Shown: positions 58,442 to 64,000 of the stretch, piece by piece
How the letters are laid out: the number at the start of each line of letters is the position of its first letter
How positions within the stretch are numbered: position 1 is the stretch's first letter
The notes under the pieces: generated by a model
What the model was told of the DNA's origin: nothing
The model's input: only the letters and a program-made list of their open reading frames with translations
Databases searched by the model: none
Assembly: GCA_964571235.1 (NCBI GenBank)
Contig: CAZNAI010000003.1
Coordinates: 656,700 to 720,699 of the forward strand
DNA from: an uncultured Ignavibacteriales bacterium
GTDB lineage: Bacteria > Zixibacteria > MSB-5A5 > GN15 > FEB-12
DNA: 64,000 nt
Direction of reading: 5' to 3'
Made by a program: the position numbers and the translations under genes

Positions 58442-58475
58442 AGTGTCGAAACCGCAGGGGTATAGACCTACAAAG
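58442..58475 (-). repeat. family D REP (short form, degenerate)
   Basis: agtgtcgaaaccgcaggggtatagacctacaaag. Confidence 0.7.
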
Positions 58476-58496
58476 GAGAGCTACACAAACAAAGAG

Positions 58497-58751
58497 ACGC
58501 CCTTCGACTCCGCTCAGGGCGACGTTCCGATCAGCTCGACCGTGGTTAGCGCGTGGGTGCAGTTCTGCTACTCTTCGTTCGGTAGTAGCATCGACGAAAG
58601 GCCTTCGTCAAATCAAGAATTGGATGAGCGCGTCAGCGTCGGGCTGAGCGGAGTCGAAGCCCGTTTCTCTTGATCATCATGTTACAAAAAAAGCGTCAGG
58701 TGGGGGCACCTGACGCCACGTATACGACCCTTCGACAGGCTCAGGGTGAAG
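58497..58751. repeat. MITE-like element (family E), family A hairpin and G module
   Basis: Left arm 58497-58535 (38-39 nt identical to 53564-53602). Right arm 58620-58669. Hairpin gcgtcaggtgggggcacctgacgc at 58693-58720. cccttcgacaggctcagggtgaag at 58728-58751. Confidence 0.8.
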
Positions 58752-58772
58752 TCAAATTTGTTCGACGCGTTA

Positions 58773-59582
58773 TTACGATTTACGCGTGATGCGGCCGTGG
58801 CCGGAGACACTGCGGTTGACATCGGCCGGGCTACCCCAATAGCGGATATCGCCGGAGCCGCTGACCGAACCGTCGATGGAATTCTCTGCCCAGCAGTCGA
58901 CATTTCCGGAGCCACTTATGTCGGCAATGACATCTTTGCATTTCAGTTCGCGGGCGTCGACATACCCCGAGCCGGGGATCTCAACCGACATCTCGCCGCA
59001 TGTGCCGGCAAGGGTAATGTCGCCGGAGCCGGAGACTTCAAGATCAACTCGCTCGGCCGCCAATCCGGTGAACTCGGCGTCGCCGGAACCGCCGACTGTC
59101 ACGCGCAAGTCGCGCACCGAGCCGTCACACCTAACATCAGCCGAGCCGGAGATATCCAATGTGAAATCTTCGCCGGTGAGTTTAGACAGTATGATGCTAC
59201 CGGAACCGTCGATGGCCAGTTCGGTCAGTTTTGGAACTGTCATTACGATTTTGACATCTTGGTGAGTGGAAAATGATCCTTTGGTATCGATCTCAAGCGT
59301 TCGGCCGCGCACGCGGGTGGAAATCAAATCGACCAGATTGTCATCGCAAGTGAGCGATAGTTTGTAGGTCGGGCCGACCGTGATATCCAGATCGGCGCCG
59401 ATGGAGAGCTCGATCCGGTCGAAACCGACGACCTGGCGATCGATTGTAGTAGGTACGCCGGAGCCACGCACTCCGCGCGAGTTGCCAAAGAATGACCAGC
59501 GGTCTTTAGCGACCGACGATGTAACTCCGCTAAGCACCAAAATGGCGGCGATAGCGATTGTGCCGAATAGTAAGCGGCGCAT
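58773..59582 (-). CDS. DUF2807 (head-GIN/adhesin-head-like beta-helix) protein
   Basis: 269 aa with a signal peptide. Repeated GSG[DN][IV] rungs, for example GSGSIIL, GSADVRC, GSGDAEF, GSGDITL, GSGYVDA and GSGNVDC. Confidence 0.75.
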   Translation of the reverse strand: MRRLLFGTIAIAAILVLSGVTSSVAKDRWSFFGNSRGVRGSGVPTTIDRQVVGFDRIELSIGADLDITVGPTYKLSLTCDDNLVDLISTRVRGRTLEIDTKGSFSTHQDVKIVMTVPKLTELAIDGSGSIILSKLTGEDFTLDISGSADVRCDGSVRDLRVTVGGSGDAEFTGLAAERVDLEVSGSGDITLAGTCGEMSVEIPGSGYVDARELKCKDVIADISGSGNVDCWAENSIDGSVSGSGDIRYWGSPADVNRSVSGHGRITRKS

Positions 59583-59653
59583 ACTCCCTCCAAAGAGTTG
59601 GAATTGTTGTCTGATGGTATGTACGAAAGGAGGGGGAGGGAGGTTGCGGGGAA

Positions 59654-60700
59654 TTATTCCAGCCGGAAATCGTCGAAATAGAGGGCGGTTGGCTCTTTCG
59701 GTTCGATCAGAAAGATGATCAGGCCGGCGGTATGATCGAGATTCATCTCACGGCCGGACGAAGTCAACTTGAGTGTATCGATGGGCAGATCGATTCGGGT
59801 CAGGCCGGGCGGTATCGCAAATACATTGTTGTACCGGTCGGGGTAACAGCCACTAGAACCGGCGTCGTAGATGCGAAACGACATGTCAATCGTTGAGTCG
59901 TTATCAGAAAAGACATCAAACTTGAGTGATGTGTATCCCTCCAAGTGAGGGTAGAGATAGGTGAAAAGCAAACTTGGATAGGTCGCGGGGAAAAAGGTCA
60001 CTTTGCCGACCTCGGCATGCGTGGCATTCCAGCCACTCGGAGGTGGAACAGCCTGGAGTTCGGCGTCGCGGACGACAAAGAGTTTGCGCTCAAGCTTGGA
60101 ATCGAACGCCGCAAGGCGCGGGAAGATCATGTTACGATGCACAACAACTGCCAGCCAGAAGATCGCGGGGATGTAGACAATGACAATCAATACAGCCGAG
60201 ATCGAGCGGATCGTCCATTTGATCTTGGGAGATATCTGTCTGACAGCTCTCACTGCTTTATCAATAGTCCAGAAGACGGCAAGAAAAGCAAAGGCGCCCG
60301 CCATATCGGCGAGGACATCGCGAATCTCTGCGTCGCGTTGGTTGAAATACTGCCAAATCTCCGAGCCGATACCCATTGCCGAGGTAAGACCGAAGGCAAT
60401 GAGGTATTGTGTCCATGGGCGAGCGAGAGCTTTGAGTCCGATTGTGCGAATAATCCCAAGGACGATCAACGCGGCAAATCCAAAGAGCGGAGCGTGGCCG
60501 CCGTTTTCAAATTCGCGCCAGAAAGCGGTGTTGGAGGGCATCTTGCCGAATACAAAGATCAGCCCTAAAAAGACAATGGCCGCAAGCGCCAACAGTAGGC
60601 GGGCTGATTTGTGACTGAGCATGGTTACAATGATATCCTGTCGACGAGGGGCCGTCCAGTCAGATGTTACACGCGAAGGAGTCGATAGTTGCGAACTCAT
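59654..60700 (-). CDS. VanZ-like membrane domain fused to a C-terminal beta-rich domain
   Basis: 348 aa. The N-terminal ~190 aa has 5-6 TM segments with ...EIWQYFNQRDAEIRDVLADMAG... (VanZ-like). The C-terminal ~150 aa is soluble. Confidence 0.6.
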   Translation of the reverse strand: MSSQLSTPSRVTSDWTAPRRQDIIVTMLSHKSARLLLALAAIVFLGLIFVFGKMPSNTAFWREFENGGHAPLFGFAALIVLGIIRTIGLKALARPWTQYLIAFGLTSAMGIGSEIWQYFNQRDAEIRDVLADMAGAFAFLAVFWTIDKAVRAVRQISPKIKWTIRSISAVLIVIVYIPAIFWLAVVVHRNMIFPRLAAFDSKLERKLFVVRDAELQAVPPPSGWNATHAEVGKVTFFPATYPSLLFTYLYPHLEGYTSLKFDVFSDNDSTIDMSFRIYDAGSSGCYPDRYNNVFAIPPGLTRIDLPIDTLKLTSSGREMNLDHTAGLIIFLIEPKEPTALYFDDFRLE

Positions 60701-61161
60701 TTCGCGGGAATAGACAAGTTTGACTTAAGAGTGGGCGAAACGGAACGCAACTTGGTACGGTTGGGGAATTTCGACGATGGGATACAAAAATCAGGGCCCT
60801 CGGGCCGACGAAGACGAACGGTGTAATCCTGACAGGCCTGACAGCGGCGGATTTTTCCGAGCGCCTCCTTTTTGATCAGGCGCTTTTTGGTGTGAGTCGG
60901 GGCGAATACTTGATGATCGACAATCTCAAATCCTTTGGTCGAATCGTTGTCGTCGTGGAATTTCACACCCGCGACAATTGTATCGGTACCGGGTTGATAC
61001 GTAGTCGCTCCGGGGCACTCGATGAAGAGGTGACCGTCTTCGAGTGGGCCGTCGAAAATGGAAAGCGTTTCATCGAGCTGACTGCTATTGCACGTAGGGC
61101 AGAGCCAGGCTTTGCCAGATTCGATGAGCGAATGTCCGCAACTGATACAAGATCGTTCCAT
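60697..61161 (-). CDS. zinc-ribbon protein, hypothetical
   Basis: ORF 60697..61311; the likely start is MERSCISCGH at 61161. CxxC...CxxC plus a later CQAC. The stop overlaps the downstream ATG (ATGA). Confidence 0.5.
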   Translation of the reverse strand: MERSCISCGHSLIESGKAWLCPTCNSSQLDETLSIFDGPLEDGHLFIECPGATTYQPGTDTIVAGVKFHDDNDSTKGFEIVDHQVFAPTHTKKRLIKKEALGKIRRCQACQDYTVRLRRPEGPDFCIPSSKFPNRTKLRSVSPTLKSNLSIPAK

Positions 61162-61428
61162 CACGTTTACCTCTGTGAAGTGTTCCACCTTTTGAGATGC
61201 AAAGAGGTTGCCGAGATGGAGGGGATTGTAGGCCGTTGCGAGAGAAGAGGATGCAAGCGGCACGGGGGCGTTGCCACGAAATTCACGTTGGCAAGTGTTG
61301 GAGGGTTCCAAGAGATCGGTGGGGAAAAGTACCCCACGATAAATCGTGGGCCACCAGAACTAAGATGAATCAGAAAGCAGAGATTGCGTCGTCGCGCCGA
61401 GGACGGCGCTCCTCGCAACGACAGAGAA

Positions 61429-61764
61429 TCAGGCTTTGAAGATCAGGAAGATTGAGCAGAGAACGGCTGTTACCGGCAGGGCGGCGGCAAATGAGACCGG
61501 TAGCAATAGAGTTGCAAGAAAGGCCAGCGCTATTGCAGGAAGCACGAGATACTTGATGGTAGCGATAGCCAGGCGAACGAGTTGAGTAAGTAGATAGAAA
61601 ACGAGCACGCCGCCGATAATCAGCCCGGCGATCAGGCCGTTATTACCGAAATGATCGATAATCCAGCTTTTGAGCGACAGGAGCGGTCCGGCGCCCAAGT
61701 CGAAGAACTGACTACACCACTGGCCAATACTTGAAAATGTTGAACTCAGATCAGAAAGGGGCAT
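61429..61764 (-). CDS. hypothetical membrane protein
   Basis: 111 aa. GGAGGA lies upstream of the ATG. 2-3 TM helices. Confidence 0.5.
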   Translation of the reverse strand: MPLSDLSSTFSSIGQWCSQFFDLGAGPLLSLKSWIIDHFGNNGLIAGLIIGGVLVFYLLTQLVRLAIATIKYLVLPAIALAFLATLLLPVSFAAALPVTAVLCSIFLIFKA

Positions 61765-61984
61765 CGGTGTCTTCCTCCAGCGGTTCGATAGTCAGCGACG
61801 ACTCTCCGACCCGCGAGAGGCCAACCATTCGGCGGGTGAGAAAGTTTTGCGTGGTGATCCAGCGATGGGAGACCTCCATGATTTCCTGCTGGTCGACATC
61901 GGAGACCCAGTCGAGAATCACCTGATCGATTGTCCGGTCGTGTAAAACGACATCATCCATCGTGAGCACAAATTTCACTTTCAT
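61751..61984 (-). CDS. hypothetical small acidic protein
   Basis: 77 aa. Overlaps the next ORF by 14 nt. Promoter-like TTGCTG-N18-TATAGT at 62054-62083 (minus strand). Confidence 0.45.
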   Translation of the reverse strand: MKVKFVLTMDDVVLHDRTIDQVILDWVSDVDQQEIMEVSHRWITTQNFLTRRMVGLSRVGESSLTIEPLEEDTDAPF

Positions 61985-62214
61985 GACACCTGTCCCGCCT
62001 TCTGCGGTTTCGTTGTTTCACCACAGAAAGTGCAACGGGGGTGCCGCTATGAGACTATACCACTGGGCGTCGAGAGCCAGCAAGGTAAGTCGTGAATTAC
62101 CAAGGGGGATTTCCACAATCTGTTCAGCGCGCGAGCAGACGATGAATTCACGCTGTTTCAGAGTGAATCGAAATCGACAGAAGAGTATTGGAAATCGCCG
62201 TTAGGTGGTAGGCG

Positions 62215-62248
62215 AAAATCAAAACCCGGCGGTGGCAGGCCGCCGGGT
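62215..62248 (-). terminator. rho-independent terminator
   Basis: The minus strand reads acccggcgg-cctgcca-ccgccgggt followed by ttttgatttt. Confidence 0.6.
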
Positions 62249-62605
62249 GTGTCGTATTGCGTATTGATCACGGGTCTTTCGACCCGGACCCCCATTTGCG
62301 GCTGATACCGAAATCGGATCCCCTCAATCCGACAACGAGACGTCGGTATCAGCCAAATCTCGCGCAAGATTGCCTGGCTTGCGCGGTCTTCCTGTCGGGT
62401 CAAGTTCCCGCCCGTTATCGCCGTTGCGATCTCGGGCGAGTTTCTCCCATAGTGATCCCTCCCTGGCTAACAGGTTTACGCCCACGACAGGCAGTAAGAG
62501 ATTCGCAAGATGGGGGGATGCTTGCACCTACAGCACAACACTAAATCGCGCTGTTCAAGTGAGGATGAATCTTGTCTTCAGATAATTGAAATGCAGTCTG
62601 GCTGA
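62215..62605 (-). ncRNA. candidate structured RNA of about 390 nt (unclassified)
   Basis: Bounded by a sigma70-like promoter and an intrinsic terminator. Contains 12-bp (ggctgataccga/tcggtatcagcc), 7-bp (gcgcaag/cttgcgc), nested cgcccg/cgggcg and GNRA-capped (gggtc-gaaa-gaccc) stems. No ORF with a credible start. Confidence 0.35.
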
Positions 62606-62609
62606 GCGT

Positions 62610-62638
62610 ACCATACGCAATCTACTGTGTGATGTCAA
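62610..62638 (-). promoter_or_regulatory. sigma70-like promoter
   Basis: The minus strand reads TTGACA (62633-62638), 17-nt spacer, TATGGT (62610-62615). Confidence 0.5.
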
Positions 62639-62680
62639 GCGAAATATGAGAGGGTGCGACAGTCAATTGCGACAACATCT

Positions 62681-63193
62681 TCATTTCACTTTTCGATAGC
62701 CATATCCGATTCGCTTGGTAGATCCGTTCATGGGCCCTTCAATCCAGGCAAAAAGGGAGTCGACGCTGATCGGTTGGTAACAGACTTTGGTGGGGAAATC
62801 ATGGGTGGGATTTTCAAAGAGAAATCCGGCGCTATCAGCCACTGTCAGCTTGAAGAAGACTTTTGACTTGTTGTGTGGGACATCGGCGACGAAAAATAGC
62901 CCGCTGTCAGTCTGTAACAATTGTGCGCACTCGGTGATAATGGTGTCGCTGGCCGTTACTTTGAAGGCGATACCATCCAGTGTGAGAGAGTCTTTGGCCG
63001 TCCAGTGCTCTCCGATTACACTTTTCTTGCCTGCGCCGGTCCATTTCCCCAGTAGCCAATTCAAAGACTTCAAATTAGCGCCGGGCGTTTCGGCGGTAGT
63101 GGCGGCGCCGAGTGACACAATGACAGCGGTGAGGAAGATAGTGGCAGTTTTCTTCGTTTTCATATGCTCCTTTGAGACGGCCTGGTCGGCCAA
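62681..63193 (-). CDS. secreted lipocalin-like protein (DUF6265-like?)
   Basis: 170 aa with a signal peptide. ...LLGKWTG... and ...FENPTHDFPTKVCYQ... resemble that family as I remember it. Confidence 0.55.
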   Translation of the reverse strand: MADQAVSKEHMKTKKTATIFLTAVIVSLGAATTAETPGANLKSLNWLLGKWTGAGKKSVIGEHWTAKDSLTLDGIAFKVTASDTIITECAQLLQTDSGLFFVADVPHNKSKVFFKLTVADSAGFLFENPTHDFPTKVCYQPISVDSLFAWIEGPMNGSTKRIGYGYRKVK

Positions 63194-63229
63194 ACTTGTT
63201 TTGCTTTGATGCTATGCGATCTATAGACG

Positions 63230-64000
63230 TCAGAAGTTGAGTCCTGCTGAAAAATACCAGCGTTCTCCGCCATGATTGGTTCTGCCGTACCCAAGTTCGA
63301 ACGGGCCTATCGGCGTATCAAGCGAGAGTGCGCCGCCGAATCCCTGTCGGACATTCTTGAGCTTGAGGTTTTCAAATCGAACCGCGATATCGCCGGCGTC
63401 CCACCGGCCGGTGGCATAGAATCCAAGTGGCAGTCTGGCGCGAATTTCCTGATTGACCAGAGTGTATTTGTCGCCGAAAAGGGATTCACCGCGATACCCG
63501 TTGAGCGAAGTCGCCCCGCCGAGATAGAACTTTTCAGACAACGGAAGTGCATCGGCTGACAAGCCGACTGAAAGTTTGAAGTGATAGGTGAAATTCCCGG
63601 CAATGGTGTAGTACGATTCGACTATTGAGTTGAATCGTGTGAAATTCCGGTCGCTCGCCAGGAATTTGGGCGACAGGCGAAGTTGAAACAAGTACCGATT
63701 GCCCGTACTCGGAAATGCGACCCGATCGAATGTCTCAACGTGCGACTCGAAATTGAGCGTGCTGAGGGTGAATTCCTCTTTCGGCACGGCTTTGTCGCGG
63801 TGGTGAACCCGCTCGATGGCGATGCCGCCGGTGATTGTACCGAGCCGTCCGATCTGCTGTCCGGCGTTGAAAGTGGCTCCCCAGCGCGACTCGGTGCGGA
63901 TTCCGAACGGATTTCCAAGGGTGTCATAGGTTGTCCGATCGATTTCCGACCAGCCGGTGCGCACTTGCCCGGTGAGGTAGGTCGACAGGATTCGATTGGC
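63230..64000 (-). CDS. Omp85/BamA-family outer-membrane beta-barrel, C-terminal part (5' end outside the window)
   Basis: The reading frame is open to the window edge. Ends ...GGERWYFSAGLNF with the typical terminal Phe. Alternating beta-strand pattern. Confidence 0.65.
   Translation of the reverse strand, partial: ANRILSTYLTGQVRTGWSEIDRTTYDTLGNPFGIRTESRWGATFNAGQQIGRLGTITGGIAIERVHHRDKAVPKEEFTLSTLNFESHVETFDRVAFPSTGNRYLFQLRLSPKFLASDRNFTRFNSIVESYYTIAGNFTYHFKLSVGLSADALPLSEKFYLGGATSLNGYRGESLFGDKYTLVNQEIRARLPLGFYATGRWDAGDIAVRFENLKLKNVRQGFGGALSLDTPIGPFELGYGRTNHGGERWYFSAGLNF

Noticed and set aside
58038-58673. 211-aa plus-strand ORF.
   Set aside because: It reads through family D and family E repeat arms and an A-rich stretch. 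Its composition is low-complexity with no plausible start context. It is a repeat read-through artefact.
59361-59380. GTAGGTCGGGCCGACC inside the DUF2807 CDS as a REP insertion.
   Set aside because: It is a short palindrome lacking the family C/D termini. It fits the coding frame of a regular beta-helix rung and is probably a coincidence.
62158-62527. Two overlapping minus-strand ORFs (81 and 67 aa), read as protein genes or a frameshifted pseudogene.
   Set aside because: They have TTG or GTG starts and no Shine-Dalgarno sequence. The terminator hairpin falls inside one of them. The long perfect stems fit RNA structure better. Coding is not strictly excluded.

Overview
This 64-kb window is a moderately GC-rich bacterial chromosome segment. 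I found no rRNA, tRNA or CRISPR array. Calls rest on reading the ORF translations and the DNA by eye; no database search was possible.

The backbone is housekeeping:
- An 11-gene NADH:quinone oxidoreductase operon, nuoABCDHIJKLMN, with nuoEFG absent from the operon.
- secDF, apbE and glnA.
- A copA-type P-type ATPase and a histidine kinase/OmpR-type pair.
- pth, then rpsF, rpsR, a DUF2232-like gene and rplI.
- A CorA-like channel, then gyrB with a DUF721/DciA-like gene.
- Many conserved hypothetical envelope proteins: DUF502, DUF4159, a 1148-aa coiled-coil membrane protein, DUF2723, DUF2807 and VanZ-like.
- An orphan FlgD-Ig/T9SS-like C-terminal tail and the gene content weakly suggest an uncultivated FCB-group-like lineage. 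This is low-confidence inference.

The most unusual content is non-genic. A dense, modular network of short hairpin repeats occupies most of the longer intergenic spacers.
- One IS200-like Y1 HUH transposase of the REP-associated (RAYT) type at 15786-16310 is bracketed by inverted copies of its own hairpin.
- Several other families share GTAG-plus-palindrome architecture. They occur as singletons, inverted doublets (REPIN-like) and mosaics (BIME-like).
- One mosaic of about 95 nt is inserted in frame inside the essential pth gene.
- A small GIY-YIG nuclease gene is bracketed by about 82-nt direct repeats.
- Two MITE-like elements share ends but have different cores.

Other leads:
- A roughly 390-nt unit at 62215-62638 (minus strand) runs from a sigma70-like promoter to an intrinsic terminator. 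It contains very long perfect stems and no convincing ORF, so it is a candidate structured RNA.
- Perfect TGTGA-N6-TCACA palindromes sit in both the nuo and glnA promoter regions.
- A 644-aa secreted protein carries about 12 G-[ND]-D-x-Y solenoid-like repeats.
- A lipoprotein carries a duplicated NPPHGQPNHRCD His/Cys motif.
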